Positions 20,046 to 30,726 of a stretch of DNA of 64,000 bases are shown here, piece after piece. A model generated the notes under the pieces. It saw only the letters and a list, made by a program, of their open reading frames with translations. It was not told the origin of the DNA and searched no databases. The stretch's first letter is position 1. The number at the start of each line of letters is the position of its first letter. This DNA comes from Clostridium sp. CAG:567 (GTDB taxonomy: Bacteria; Bacillota; Clostridia; TANB77; CAG-508), in NCBI GenBank assembly GCA_000437855.1, contig FR902206.1:138608-202607 (forward strand), in the 5' to 3' direction. Made by a program: the position numbers and the translations under genes.

Positions 20046-22799
20046 ATGGACAAGCAGTGGTTTAATAAAAGTATTGAAGAAGTTAAAGATGATTTAAGAA
20101 TAGGTAGTCAAGGATTATCTGATGAACAAGTAAAAGAAAAACGAGAAATCTATGGACTAAATGAATTACAGGCCCAAAAGAAAAAGAGCTTAATTGTTAA
20201 ATTCTTAGAACAATTTAAAGATTTTATGATTATTATTTTAATAATTGCGGCTGTGATTTCTGGAGCAGTGGGCTATTATCAAGGAGAAGGTATAACTGAT
20301 TCAATTATTATTTTAATAGTTGTAATTGTAAATGCAATTATTGGTGTGGCACAGGAAAGTAAAGCAGAAAAATCACTAGAAGCTTTACAAAAATTAAGTT
20401 CTCATGTTACTAAAGTAATTCGTAATGGAAAGGTAGATGTGATACCATCAAAAGAATTAGTACCAGGAGATATTGTAATATTAGATACAGGAGATTATGT
20501 ACCAGCAGATTTAAGAATTATAGAAGCTGCTAATTTAAAAGCACAAGAAGCATCTTTAACAGGTGAATCAGTTCCGGTTGATAAAAATACAGATGTAATA
20601 AATGATGAAAAAATAGGCTTAGGTGATAGAACTAATATGCTATTTTCTTCAAGCCTAATTACTTATGGTAGAGGCAGAGGTATTGTTGTTGAAACAGGTA
20701 TGAATACTGAAGTTGGTAAAATAGCTGGAATGATAAATGAAGTTGAAGAAACAGAAACTCCATTACAACAAAAATTAAATAAACTAGGTAAAACACTTGG
20801 AATTGTAGCAATAGTAATTTGTGTAATAATTTTTATAATAGGTTTATTATATGGCAAAGAACCAATAGAAATGTTTATGACTGCAGTAAGTTTAGCTGTT
20901 GCGGCTATACCAGAGGGCTTGGCAGCTGTATCTACAATCGTATTAGCAATTGGTGTACAAAGAATGGTTAAAAAACATGCAATTGTTAAAAAACTTCCAG
21001 CAGTAGAAACATTAGGAAGTACAACAGTTATATGTTCAGATAAAACAGGAACATTAACACAAAATAAAATGACAGTTAAAAAAGTATTTTATAACAATAA
21101 ATTAGTAGACTTAGATGATATAGATACAAACAATTTGGGTGATGAACTAGAAAAACTAACATATATAAGTATGTTTTGTAATGATACAAAAATATCAGAT
21201 GGAAAACTTACTGGAGATCCGACAGAAACAGCATTAATTGATATGGGATTTGAATTAGACTTTCAACCACCAATTTTAGAGAAATATGAAAGAGTAAAAG
21301 AACTTCCATTTGATTCTGACAGAAAGCTCATGACAACAGTACATCTATTTCCTAATAAATATATGGTATATACAAAAGGTGGAGTAGATGAATTACTAAA
21401 CAGATGTAATAGCTATGTTATAAATGGAAATGTAAATACTGACATTGATGAATACAAAAAAGAAATCGCTAAACAAAATGAAGAAATGGCTAAAAATGCA
21501 CTTAGAGTATTAGCAATGGCATATAAAGAATTAGACCATGAACCGACAGATGAAGAAATGAAAACAATTGAAAGCGAGTTAACTTATGTTGGAATGGTTG
21601 GAATGATAGACCCACCAAGAGAAGAAGTAAAAGATGCGGTAGAAAAATGTAAAACAGCAGGCATTAAAACAGTAATGATTACAGGTGACCACAAAATTAC
21701 AGCAATTGCAATTGCTAAAGCTTTAGGAATTTTAGAAAATGAAGATGAAGCAATTACAGGTAGTGAACTTGAAGAAATGTCAGATGAAGATTTGATAAAA
21801 AATGTTAGAAAATATAGTGTATATGCAAGAGTTTCGCCTGAACACAAAGTAAGAATAGTAAAAGCTTGGCAAGCAAATGGAGAAATTGTTGCAATGACTG
21901 GTGACGGAGTAAATGATGCTCCAGCATTAAAAACAGCAGATATAGGCTGTGCAATGGGAATAGTTGGTACTGATGTATCAAAAGAAGCAGCAGATGTTAT
22001 ATTAACAGATGATAATTTTGCTACAATAGTATCTTCAGTAGAAGAAGGAAGACGTATATATGACAATATATTAAAAGCGATTCAATTTTTACTATCAAGC
22101 AATGTTGGAGAAATAATCATATTATTTGTAGCAATTTTAATGACTCCACTTTTAAGCAAATGGTTTAATATAGATGTAAATTTAATTACACCATTATTAC
22201 CAATTCATATATTATGGATAAACTTAGTAACAGACTCACTACCAGCATTAGCACTAGCAGTTGACCCGTCAGAAAAAGACATTATGAATAGAAAACCATT
22301 AAAACCAAAACAAGGTGTATTTACAAAAGGAATGACCTTTAGAGTCGTATACCAAGGAATTATGATTGGTGTAATCACACTTATTGCATTTATAATTGGT
22401 TTAGCAACACCAGAAAATGAGTTACCAGTTGTACAAGTAACAGAAGCAAATGGAATTGTAAGAACATTATCTGCAGAAGAAGTTAAAGTAGAAATAGGAC
22501 AAGCAATGGCATTTACAGTTTTAGCACTTTCAGAATTAGTACATGTATTTAATATTAGAAACAATAAAAAATCTATATTCAAAACAGGAATATTTAATAA
22601 TAGCAAATTAATACTTGCGACAGTTGTGTCTGCAGGATTAATGCTTGTAGTATTATTTATACCAGCATTAAGAAATATATTTAGCATACCAGTATTACCA
22701 GCAATGAATATTTTAGAAACGGTTATATTAGTATTTATGCCAATCGTTGTTATAGAAATATTCAAATTATTTAAAATAAACACTACAAAGGAGGAATAA
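20046..22799 (+). CDS. Calcium-translocating P-type ATPase (PMCA/SERCA type)
   Basis: 917 aa. DKTGTLT phosphorylation motif, TGDGVNDAPALK, 10 TM segments. Confidence 0.9.
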   Translation: MDKQWFNKSIEEVKDDLRIGSQGLSDEQVKEKREIYGLNELQAQKKKSLIVKFLEQFKDFMIIILIIAAVISGAVGYYQGEGITDSIIILIVVIVNAIIGVAQESKAEKSLEALQKLSSHVTKVIRNGKVDVIPSKELVPGDIVILDTGDYVPADLRIIEAANLKAQEASLTGESVPVDKNTDVINDEKIGLGDRTNMLFSSSLITYGRGRGIVVETGMNTEVGKIAGMINEVEETETPLQQKLNKLGKTLGIVAIVICVIIFIIGLLYGKEPIEMFMTAVSLAVAAIPEGLAAVSTIVLAIGVQRMVKKHAIVKKLPAVETLGSTTVICSDKTGTLTQNKMTVKKVFYNNKLVDLDDIDTNNLGDELEKLTYISMFCNDTKISDGKLTGDPTETALIDMGFELDFQPPILEKYERVKELPFDSDRKLMTTVHLFPNKYMVYTKGGVDELLNRCNSYVINGNVNTDIDEYKKEIAKQNEEMAKNALRVLAMAYKELDHEPTDEEMKTIESELTYVGMVGMIDPPREEVKDAVEKCKTAGIKTVMITGDHKITAIAIAKALGILENEDEAITGSELEEMSDEDLIKNVRKYSVYARVSPEHKVRIVKAWQANGEIVAMTGDGVNDAPALKTADIGCAMGIVGTDVSKEAADVILTDDNFATIVSSVEEGRRIYDNILKAIQFLLSSNVGEIIILFVAILMTPLLSKWFNIDVNLITPLLPIHILWINLVTDSLPALALAVDPSEKDIMNRKPLKPKQGVFTKGMTFRVVYQGIMIGVITLIAFIIGLATPENELPVVQVTEANGIVRTLSAEEVKVEIGQAMAFTVLALSELVHVFNIRNNKKSIFKTGIFNNSKLILATVVSAGLMLVVLFIPALRNIFSIPVLPAMNILETVILVFMPIVVIEIFKLFKINTTKEE

Positions 22800-22802
22800 G
22801 TG

Positions 22803-23258
22803 ATGAAAAAAAGAACATCAATTATTGTTGGAATAGTTGCTTTAATATTAGACCAACTGACAAAGATGTTATTTATAAATAAGAATATGGAACTTATTCC
22901 AAATGTTTTGAAAATATACTATTGGCAAAATGAAGGAACAATATTTGAAATTGCAAAGGGAATAAAATTATCATTAATTGCTATGGAAAGTATAATAATT
23001 ATAATTCCTATTTTCATATACTTAATAAAGAAAAATAAAAATATTAAGGATAATATGTTATTGTCCTTAATGCTAATATTAGCTGGCGCAGTAGGAAATT
23101 TGATTGATATTTTATTTAGAGGTTATGTAATAGATTTTATTAATATTGCTAACTCAATAAATTGTAATTTGTCAGATGTATTTTTAATTGGTGGAATCAT
23201 TTTATTGCTTATATTAGCTATAAAACAAGCTATAAACAAAAAGTTTGTTAAAAATTAA
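22803..23258 (+). CDS. lspA: Lipoprotein signal peptidase II
   Basis: LDQLTK, GNLIDILFRGYVIDFI. Four TM segments. Confidence 0.85.
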   Translation: MKKRTSIIVGIVALILDQLTKMLFINKNMELIPNVLKIYYWQNEGTIFEIAKGIKLSLIAMESIIIIIPIFIYLIKKNKNIKDNMLLSLMLILAGAVGNLIDILFRGYVIDFINIANSINCNLSDVFLIGGIILLLILAIKQAINKKFVKN

Positions 23259-23278
23259 CAAATAAAATTGCAAAGCAG

Positions 23279-23313
23279 TTGACAAATGTAAAAAAAATTA
23301 GTATAATTTTATA
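23279..23313 (+). promoter_or_regulatory. Consensus sigma-A promoter for rpmF (TTGACA-17-TATAAT)
   Basis: ttgacaaatgtaaaaaaaattagtataat. Confidence 0.6.
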
Positions 23314-23382
23314 GTATCAATTTTTAGGTAATAAATTAAAATATAGATTACAGAGAAAAAGCAATCAAGGGAGGGAATTAGA

Positions 23383-23565
23383 ATGGCACAACCAAAAAGA
23401 AGATGGTCAAAAGCAAGAACACATTTAAAAAGATCTACATGGAAATTAGAAAATCAAAATTTAGTTGATTGTCCACATTGCCATGAAAAAGTATTACAAC
23501 ATAGAGTATGTCCAAACTGCGGATACTATGATGGAAAAGAAGTAGTTACAAAAACTGAAGAATAA
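23383..23565 (+). CDS. rpmF: 50S ribosomal protein L32
   Basis: MAQPKRRWSKARTHLKRSTWKL...CPHCHE...CPNCGYY. Confidence 0.95.
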   Translation: MAQPKRRWSKARTHLKRSTWKLENQNLVDCPHCHEKVLQHRVCPNCGYYDGKEVVTKTEE

Positions 23566-23573
23566 AAAAGATT

Positions 23574-23604
23574 ATAGCATAGCTTATTGGCTATGCTATT
23601 TTTG
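23574..23604 (+). terminator. Rho-independent terminator after rpmF
   Basis: atagcatagc-ttattg-gctatgctat followed by ttttt. Confidence 0.65.
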
Positions 23605-23688
23605 TGTAAATTGAAAAATATAATAGCATTATTTGACATTGTATGATAAAATATAAATGCAGAAAATTTAAAATAAGGAATAGGAAAA

Positions 23689-24186
23689 ATGGGGAGTAAT
23701 AGAATTGATAAAATAAATTATTATTTAGATATAGCAAAATCTGTTGCAGAGAGAAGTACTTGTTTAAGAAAAAAAGTAGGATGTGTTATAGTAAATAATG
23801 ATGAAATTATAGCTACAGGTTATAATGGAGCACCAAGAGGAAGAAAAAACTGTATTGACATAGGTTTTTGTACCAAAAAGAAACAATTTCCTGATATAAG
23901 ACATGGCGGATATGATGCTTGCAGGAGTGTGCATGCAGAACAAAATGCAATAATTAGTGCAAGTAGAAAGGACATGATGGGAGGAACTTTATATTTGGTA
24001 TTATATAAAGTTGAAACTGAAGAATATGATCCTGTCTCTAATTCGTGTCAAATGTGTAGAAAACTAATAATAAATAGTGGAATTAAAAAAGTAATAGTTA
24101 GAACTAGTGATTCTGAATACATAGAAGTTGATGTTGATGAATGGATTCAAAATGATGATTTATTAGAAGGCAAATATACATATTAA
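23689..24186 (+). CDS. comEB: dCMP deaminase (ComEB-type cytidine/deoxycytidylate deaminase)
   Basis: HAEQNAI zinc-binding motif, CQMCRKLIINSGI. Confidence 0.8.
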   Translation: MGSNRIDKINYYLDIAKSVAERSTCLRKKVGCVIVNNDEIIATGYNGAPRGRKNCIDIGFCTKKKQFPDIRHGGYDACRSVHAEQNAIISASRKDMMGGTLYLVLYKVETEEYDPVSNSCQMCRKLIINSGIKKVIVRTSDSEYIEVDVDEWIQNDDLLEGKYTY

Positions 24187-24394
24187 AGTTTAAAAATAAT
24201 CAGCATCTTGCTTTGTCAAAGCACATTAAAAACGCAGTTGCTACTGCATACTGATGCTGTAACAGGCAAAGCCTTAACAGCCTCAGCAACATACAGGAGT
24301 ATGCGCCTTTGCCTTTTTAATGTACTTTTCCTCGCAATATACTAATTCTTTTTAAACTTAATAATAATAGCAAAATCAAGAAAGGAATGGAGAA

Positions 24395-25720
24395 ATGAGT
24401 AAACCAATAGTTGCAATTATAGGAAAACCAAATGTAGGAAAATCTACATTTTTTAACTATGTTGTAGGAAAGAGAATATCAATAGTTGAAGATACACCTG
24501 GTGTTACAAGAGATAGAGTATATGCTGATGCAAATTGGAGAGGCAGAAATTTTACATTAGTAGATACAGGTGGTATAGAGCCAGAGTCTGATGACATTAT
24601 TCTTTCACAAATGCGTAGACAGGCAGATATGGCAATTGAAATTGCAGATGTAATTTTATTTGTAACAGACATAAAGCAAGGAGTTACAGCAACAGACCAA
24701 GATATAGCATTAATGTTAAAAAAATCTAAGAAACCAATAATTTTAGTATGTAATAAATCTGATACATTTGGAAAAATCCCGGATGAATTATATGAATTTT
24801 ATAATTTGGGAGTTGGAGAGCCTTTTGCAGTATCTTCAGTAAATGCAAAAGGAATAGGAGACGTATTAGATGCTATATATGATAACCTTCCACCTCAAAC
24901 AGATGATGAGAATGATAGTGATGTTATTAAAGTAGCGATTATAGGAAAGCCAAATGTTGGTAAATCTTCATTAGTAAATAAAATACTTGGAGAAAAAAGA
25001 GTAATAGTAAGTGACATTGCAGGAACTACAAGAGATGCAATTGACTCTGAATTTCAAAATGAATTTGGCAAATATGTATTTATTGATACAGCTGGAATTC
25101 GTAGAAAAAGCAAGGTAAATGACAACATAGAAAAATATAGTGTTATGAGAAGTTTATTAGCTGTTGAAAGAGCAGATGTGTGTATTCTAATGTTAGATGC
25201 AAAAGAAGGAGTAACTGCTCAAGATGCAAAAATAGCTGGAGAAGCACATGAAGCTGGTAAAGGTGTAATAATTGTTGTTAACAAATGGGACGAAGTAGAA
25301 AAAGACAATCAAACAATGGAAAATTACAAAAAAGACGTATATAATAAATTATCTTATTTATCTTATGCACCTATCATGTTTATATCAGCTAAAACAGGTC
25401 AAAGAGTAAACAAACTATATGAAATGATAAATATGGTTGCAAGTCAAAATGCGTTAAGAGTATCAACTTCAGTTTTAAATGATGTATTAAGTGAAGCAGT
25501 AACAATTGTACAACCACCAACAGATAAAGGAAAGAGACTAAAGATTTTTTATATGACTCAAGCTACAACAAAACCACCAACATTTGTGGTATTTGTAAAT
25601 GATAAAGAGCTATTTCATTTTTCTTATGAAAGATACCTTATGAATCAAATTAGAAAAGAGTTTGGACTAACAGGAACACCGATTAGAATGATTGTAAGAG
25701 AAAAAGGAGATAAAGAATAG
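24395..25720 (+). CDS. der: Ribosome-biogenesis GTPase Der (EngA), tandem G domains
   Basis: IVAIIGKPNVGKSTFFN and VAIIGKPNVGKSSLVN P-loops, 441 aa. Confidence 0.95.
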   Translation: MSKPIVAIIGKPNVGKSTFFNYVVGKRISIVEDTPGVTRDRVYADANWRGRNFTLVDTGGIEPESDDIILSQMRRQADMAIEIADVILFVTDIKQGVTATDQDIALMLKKSKKPIILVCNKSDTFGKIPDELYEFYNLGVGEPFAVSSVNAKGIGDVLDAIYDNLPPQTDDENDSDVIKVAIIGKPNVGKSSLVNKILGEKRVIVSDIAGTTRDAIDSEFQNEFGKYVFIDTAGIRRKSKVNDNIEKYSVMRSLLAVERADVCILMLDAKEGVTAQDAKIAGEAHEAGKGVIIVVNKWDEVEKDNQTMENYKKDVYNKLSYLSYAPIMFISAKTGQRVNKLYEMINMVASQNALRVSTSVLNDVLSEAVTIVQPPTDKGKRLKIFYMTQATTKPPTFVVFVNDKELFHFSYERYLMNQIRKEFGLTGTPIRMIVREKGDKE

Positions 25721-25731
25721 TACAAAGGAGA

Positions 25732-26379
25732 GTGATTTTTATGGCAACATATATAATAGTTGCAGTAATTGCCTATTTAATAGGCAGTATTAATTTTTCA
25801 ATAATTATTAGTAAAAAAATGGCAGGATTTGATATAAGAGAAAAAGGTAGTGGAAATGCCGGAACAACCAATATGTTAAGAGCAATTGGTAAAAAAGCGG
25901 CAGCTATAACTCTTATTTGTGACATATTAAAAGGGGTTGTATCAATTTTTATAGCCTTTTTAGCAGGAAAAATCATTAAAAATCTAGATAATGCTTTATT
26001 AGTACAAATTGCAGGAATATTTGTACTAATCGGACACACATTTCCAATCTTTTTTGGATTTAAAGGTGGAAAAGGTATAGCAACATCATTAGGGGTTCTA
26101 TTAACTATAAATTGGCAAATTGGATTAATATGTTTAGTATTTGCATTAATCCTAATAGCACTAACTAAAATGGTTTCTGTTGGCTCTATATCTGCTGGTA
26201 TTTTATTTCCAGTATTAGTTGCATTCATTAACCAAAACTATATTGTTCCCACGAGTAACAGTAATTGGAGTTATTTAATATTTAGTATTATTATAGCTTT
26301 ACTAGTTATATTCAATCATAGAGCAAATGTACAAAGAATACTAAATGGAACAGAAAATAGAATAAGTTTTAAAAAGTAA
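25732..26379 (+). CDS. plsY: Glycerol-3-phosphate acyltransferase PlsY
   Basis: GSGNAGTTN motif. Conserved der-plsY-gpsA gene order. Confidence 0.9.
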   Translation: MIFMATYIIVAVIAYLIGSINFSIIISKKMAGFDIREKGSGNAGTTNMLRAIGKKAAAITLICDILKGVVSIFIAFLAGKIIKNLDNALLVQIAGIFVLIGHTFPIFFGFKGGKGIATSLGVLLTINWQIGLICLVFALILIALTKMVSVGSISAGILFPVLVAFINQNYIVPTSNSNWSYLIFSIIIALLVIFNHRANVQRILNGTENRISFKK

Positions 26380-26388
26380 AAAAATAAA

Positions 26389-27393
26389 TTGAAAAAGGAG
26401 AGAATAATAATGAAGAATGTTTGTATAATTGGAAGTGGAAGTTGGGGATGTGCATTAGCCATTCATGCAGCTAAAATTGGTCATAATGTTAAAATATGGT
26501 CATTTGCTCAAAAAGAAGCAGATTTAATAAATAAAGAAAGAAAGTGCATATTTTTGCCAATGGCAACAATGCCTGAAAATATATATTGCACAACAGATAT
26601 AAAAGAAGCAGTAGAAGGCTCTGATATTATATTACATGTAACACCATCAAAATTTTTCAGAGATACATTAAATAAATATAAAGAATATATAACAACTCAA
26701 CCAGTAGTTATATGTTCAAAAGGCTTTGAACTTGCAACATTATCAACATTAAATGATGTTGCAGAGCAAGAAATACCAAATGTTAAAATAGGAGCATTTT
26801 CTGGACCTAGTCATGCTGAAGAAGTATCACTTGAAATACCAACTGCAATAGTTGCTGCATCAAAGGATTATGATGTACAATATTTAATTCAAGATACTTT
26901 CATGAACGAAAATATGAGAGTATATACTAGCAATGACATACAAGGTGTAGAGCTAGGAGGAGCATTAAAAAATATAATTGCATTTTGTGCAGGAATTATA
27001 ACAGAATTAAAATTAGGAGATAATACCTTTGCAGCATTAATTTCTAGAGGTTTAACTGAACTTTCAAGATTAGGAGTTGCAATGGGAGGCGAACATAATA
27101 CATTTTATGGCTTATCTGGATTAGGTGATTTAATAGTAACTTGTATGAGTGAACATAGCAGAAACAGAAAAGCAGGAAGATGTATAGGAAGAGGACTTAC
27201 TTTAGAAGAAACTAAAAAAGAAGTAGGAATGACTATTGAAAGTGTTGACAACATTGAAGCAGCTTATAAATTGGCCCAAAAATATAATATAGAAATGCCA
27301 ATTGTAAATGCTGTATACGATATTTTATATAATAATTTAGATCCAAGAAAAGCTGTAACACAATTAATGACTCGAGAAAAGAAGGCTGAGTAA
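26389..27393 (+). CDS. gpsA: NAD(P)H-dependent glycerol-3-phosphate dehydrogenase
   Basis: NVCIIGSGSWGCALA Rossmann motif. Likely start at 26410. Confidence 0.9.
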   Translation: MKKERIIMKNVCIIGSGSWGCALAIHAAKIGHNVKIWSFAQKEADLINKERKCIFLPMATMPENIYCTTDIKEAVEGSDIILHVTPSKFFRDTLNKYKEYITTQPVVICSKGFELATLSTLNDVAEQEIPNVKIGAFSGPSHAEEVSLEIPTAIVAASKDYDVQYLIQDTFMNENMRVYTSNDIQGVELGGALKNIIAFCAGIITELKLGDNTFAALISRGLTELSRLGVAMGGEHNTFYGLSGLGDLIVTCMSEHSRNRKAGRCIGRGLTLEETKKEVGMTIESVDNIEAAYKLAQKYNIEMPIVNAVYDILYNNLDPRKAVTQLMTREKKAE

Positions 27394-27434
27394 TATTAGT
27401 TTAGAAACACATCTTAAAAAGGAAATACACAAAT

Positions 27435-27878
27435 ATGAGATTAGTAGTACAAAGAGTAAAAAACTCTAATGTAGTTGTAGAAGGACAAACAATTGGAGAA
27501 ATAGGACAAGGATATATGGTGTTGATTGGTGTTGGACCAGAAGATACCAAAGAGATAGCAGATTTTTTAGTACAAAAATTAATTAATTTAAGAGTGTTTG
27601 AAGATGAAAATGAAAAGATGAATTTATCTATAAAAGACATAGATGGAGAGCTTTTATTGATATCTCAATTTACACTTTACGCAGATACAAGTCACGGAAA
27701 TAGACCAAGTTTTATAAATGCGGCTAAACCAGACAAAGCAAATGAACTTTATGAATATTTTGTTGAACAATGTAAAAAGCAAAATATAAAAAAAGTTGCA
27801 ACAGGTAAATTTGCAGCAGATATGCAAGTTACATTACAAAATGATGGACCAGTAACAATTATATTAGAAAAAGAATAA
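27435..27878 (+). CDS. dtd: D-aminoacyl-tRNA deacylase
   Basis: [34 protein letters not shown]...SQFTLYAD. Confidence 0.9.
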   Translation: MRLVVQRVKNSNVVVEGQTIGEIGQGYMVLIGVGPEDTKEIADFLVQKLINLRVFEDENEKMNLSIKDIDGELLLISQFTLYADTSHGNRPSFINAAKPDKANELYEYFVEQCKKQNIKKVATGKFAADMQVTLQNDGPVTIILEKE

Positions 27879-27903
27879 AATGGCATTATGTGCCATTTTT
27901 TTC
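27877..27903. terminator. Bidirectional terminator between dtd and asd
   Basis: aaaatggca-ttatg-tgccatttttt. Confidence 0.65.
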
Positions 27904-27919
27904 TTTTTTACTATACTAC

Positions 27920-28948
27920 TTAGCAAAATGACTTTCTTATTAATCCTTCTAAAATCTGAATTGCATTACTAGCAGCGCCTTTTCTTAAATTATCAGCTAC
28001 TACCCAAAAATTAATTCCAGAAGGAACACTAAAGTCTCTACGAACTCTACCTATAAAAACATTATCATTATTATTACTATCTAGGGTGGTAGGATAATCA
28101 TCATCTTTTAAAACAACTCCAGGAGATTTTTTTAGTATTTGTTTTAATTCTTCTAATTTAAACTCATTTTCTAATTCAACATTAATAGATTCACAGTGAC
28201 TATTAAGAACTGGAACTCTGACTGTAGTTGCAGTTATTTTTAAATTAGGATTATTTAAAATTTTTCTTGTCTCATTTATCATTTTTTCTTCTTCTTTTGA
28301 GTAGCCATTATCTAATAGCATATCAATATGAGGAATGCAGTTATTAAAAATGGAAACATTGAACTTTTGTAACTCATAACTTGTTTTTTGATTTTCAAAA
28401 ATTGATAATTCTTTATCAAAATTTTCTATTCCGTTTTTTAAATCATTTACTCCTTTATAACCAGCACCTGATACGGCTTGATATGTATTATAAACAATTC
28501 TTTTTATTTTATACTTATCATCTAAAGGTTTTAAAGCTACTACTGCCTGAATAGTAGAACAATTTGGGTTGGCAATAATTCCAGTATTTTTATTTGCATC
28601 ACTAAAATTAACTTCTGGAACAACTAATGGAACATTTGGGTCCATTCTAAAGTAACTACTATTATCAATAACAGTACAACCTTTAGAAACGGCAATAGGA
28701 GCAAATTCTTTAGAAACATTTCCACCTGCAGAAAAAATTGCAAAATTGAAGTTAGAGTCAAAAGAAGAGTATGTTAATTCTTTTACAATATAGGTATTAC
28801 CTAATAGATTTAATTTTTTTCCTGCTGATTTACTAGAAGCAAAAAAAGCATATTCATTAATGGATAACTTTTTTTCTTCTAAAACTTTAATAATTGTTTG
28901 CCCAACTAGTCCTGTTGCACCTACAATTGCTAGTTTAATATTATTCAT
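27920..28948 (-). CDS. asd: Aspartate-semialdehyde dehydrogenase
   Basis: KLAIVGATGLVGQ N-terminal Rossmann motif, active-site Cys region, 342 aa. Confidence 0.9.
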   Translation of the reverse strand: MNNIKLAIVGATGLVGQTIIKVLEEKKLSINEYAFFASSKSAGKKLNLLGNTYIVKELTYSSFDSNFNFAIFSAGGNVSKEFAPIAVSKGCTVIDNSSYFRMDPNVPLVVPEVNFSDANKNTGIIANPNCSTIQAVVALKPLDDKYKIKRIVYNTYQAVSGAGYKGVNDLKNGIENFDKELSIFENQKTSYELQKFNVSIFNNCIPHIDMLLDNGYSKEEEKMINETRKILNNPNLKITATTVRVPVLNSHCESINVELENEFKLEELKQILKKSPGVVLKDDDYPTTLDSNNNDNVFIGRVRRDFSVPSGINFWVVADNLRKGAASNAIQILEGLIRKSFC

Positions 28949-29002
28949 AAAATCAATCCTTCCTAATTAATTTTATGAATAAATAACAGAAAAATGATTA
29001 AT

Positions 29003-29284
29003 TTAATAAGGATATCTTTCAAACATGTATCTTATGATATCATCTAAATTACTTTGAGTTATATTTATAAAGATATCTGAGTCTAAACTAATCCAAATAT
29101 TTATATTATATGTGTCATTATTATCAATTAAAGCTCCAATAATATCACAAATTTCAATAGGGTTTTGATACTCTTTTTGCCAAAACAAATCTGTATCAAT
29201 TTCTGAATATTTTTCAGAAAACTTTTTTAAAAAACTTGAAATTTCACCAGATTTACTGCTGTATAACTTAACAATTGCATTCAT
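29003..29284 (-). CDS. Hypothetical small protein
   Basis: 93 aa ORF with an RBS. No recognised domain. Confidence 0.45.
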   Translation of the reverse strand: MNAIVKLYSSKSGEISSFLKKFSEKYSEIDTDLFWQKEYQNPIEICDIIGALIDNNDTYNINIWISLDSDIFINITQSNLDDIIRYMFERYPY

Positions 29285-29393
29285 AAATTAATCTCCCTTT
29301 ATTTTATTATCTTTATAAAAAAAATAATTATACTTAAGAATAAAAGGCAATTTTTTGTAAATAATAAATAGAAAATAAAAAAGGTGAAGAAAT

Positions 29394-30272
29394 ATGAAAA
29401 AAACAACAATTATAATAATTTCAATTTTAGTTATTATTATTATATTATCTTCAATTATTGTATATTCTAAAAGTCAAGTTGATTCCAATCAATTAGAGGA
29501 CAAAATATCTCAAGAGCTAATATATTTAGATCAATATTTTGTGACAATGTTAGGAGAATTTAATGGATTGAGTATTGGAGATAATAGACTTCAAGAAACA
29601 GAACCAAAAATTCAGACGAACATAAATACAAATTTAAGTGATCAGAGAGATAGTAAAACAGGTAAATCAAATGATAATTTGCAACAGAATGGCAAAGTAG
29701 AAGAAAAAACAGATACAGTTCAAAACGGTATTTTAAAAAATAATGGAAAATATGACGCTAAATGGGAAAAAATACAAACAGAAATAGAACAAACATATCA
29801 GGTATGGAATACGATTAGCATAGACTTATATACATTAAACATTGATAATTCTATAATATTAGCATTTAATGATAATTTAAATAAAGCTACACAAGCAATA
29901 AAAAATAAGAATAAAGCAAGTGCCATGGATGAAGTAACAGAGATGCATGCTAAAATATTAGAATACAGAAAAGCCTATAATATAGATGAAAGACAAAAAG
30001 AAATTCTATCAATTCAACATAATGCTGTAACTGCATATACAAATGTTACAAATGATAGATGGGATGAGGCATATACAAAATTATCAGATGCAGAAAAAAG
30101 GTTTTCTAACTTATTAAATACAGTAACAAGTGACTATACAAATCAAGCTACAATGAGCCAATGCTATGTATTAATAAATGAATTAAAAAAAGCAGTTAAT
30201 CTAAAAGATAAAGAAATATTTTTTATAGAGTATAGAAATTTAATGAGTAAAATGGAAATTATAATATCATGA
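29394..30272 (+). CDS. Hypothetical membrane-anchored protein
   Basis: 292 aa with an N-terminal TM helix and an extracytoplasmic region. No recognised domain. Confidence 0.5.
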   Translation: MKKTTIIIISILVIIIILSSIIVYSKSQVDSNQLEDKISQELIYLDQYFVTMLGEFNGLSIGDNRLQETEPKIQTNINTNLSDQRDSKTGKSNDNLQQNGKVEEKTDTVQNGILKNNGKYDAKWEKIQTEIEQTYQVWNTISIDLYTLNIDNSIILAFNDNLNKATQAIKNKNKASAMDEVTEMHAKILEYRKAYNIDERQKEILSIQHNAVTAYTNVTNDRWDEAYTKLSDAEKRFSNLLNTVTSDYTNQATMSQCYVLINELKKAVNLKDKEIFFIEYRNLMSKMEIIIS

Positions 30273-30331
30273 AAATTGGAAAAAGATGAGTGATTTTCAT
30301 TGAAATTTAAACCAAAATGTAGTATAATAAA

Positions 30332-30692
30332 GAAGTAGTAAGTTGGATAGTCGCGTATAGCAAGGCTGAAAAGCAGCGTACGAGGAAAGTCTGGGCTCCA
30401 TAGAGTAATGATGCTGGATAACGTCCAGTGAGGGCAACCTTAAGGAAAGTGCAACAGAAAATAACCGCTATGATAAAATTTATAGTAAGGGTGAAAAGGC
30501 AGGGTAAGAGCCTACCACTAATATGGTGACATATTAGGCAGTGTAAACCCCATCTGGAGCAACACCGAGCAGGAAGGATAAGACTACTCGTCGTCTTCCA
30601 ATTTGGTGGCATGAGACTTATAGCAATATAAGTAGTAGATAAATGACTATCTTAAATGACAGAACCCGGCTTATAGATTTACTATTTAAAGA
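30332..30692 (+). ncRNA. rnpB: RNase P RNA (bacterial type A)
   Basis: GAGGAAAGTCTGGGCTCCATAG (P4 5' strand) at 30382, AGGGCAACC, AAGTGCAACAGAAA, and ACAGAACCCGGCTTA (P4 3' strand) at 30659-30673. The 5' and 3' ends can pair as P1. Confidence 0.85.
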
Positions 30693-30698
30693 TGAAAA

Positions 30699-30726
30699 AA
30701 CGTAGGTAAGAGCCTACGTTTTTTTT
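30699..30726. terminator. Bidirectional terminator after rnpB; the stop codon of the convergent rluA-family gene sits inside the stem
   Basis: aaaaaacgtagg-taagag-cctacgtttttttt. Confidence 0.7.

Noticed and set aside
20663-22783. Several 60-190 aa minus-strand ORFs inside the P-type ATPase gene (and similar antisense ORFs inside typA, pfkA, argS, fadD-like and the telA-like gene)
   Set aside because: They are antisense to strongly supported genes, have low-complexity translations and lack RBSs. These are typical spurious ORFs.
30307-30612. 101-aa minus-strand ORF with an odd Cys/Arg-rich translation
   Set aside because: It is the antisense of the RNase P RNA gene. The high GC content of the structured RNA keeps a frame open by chance.
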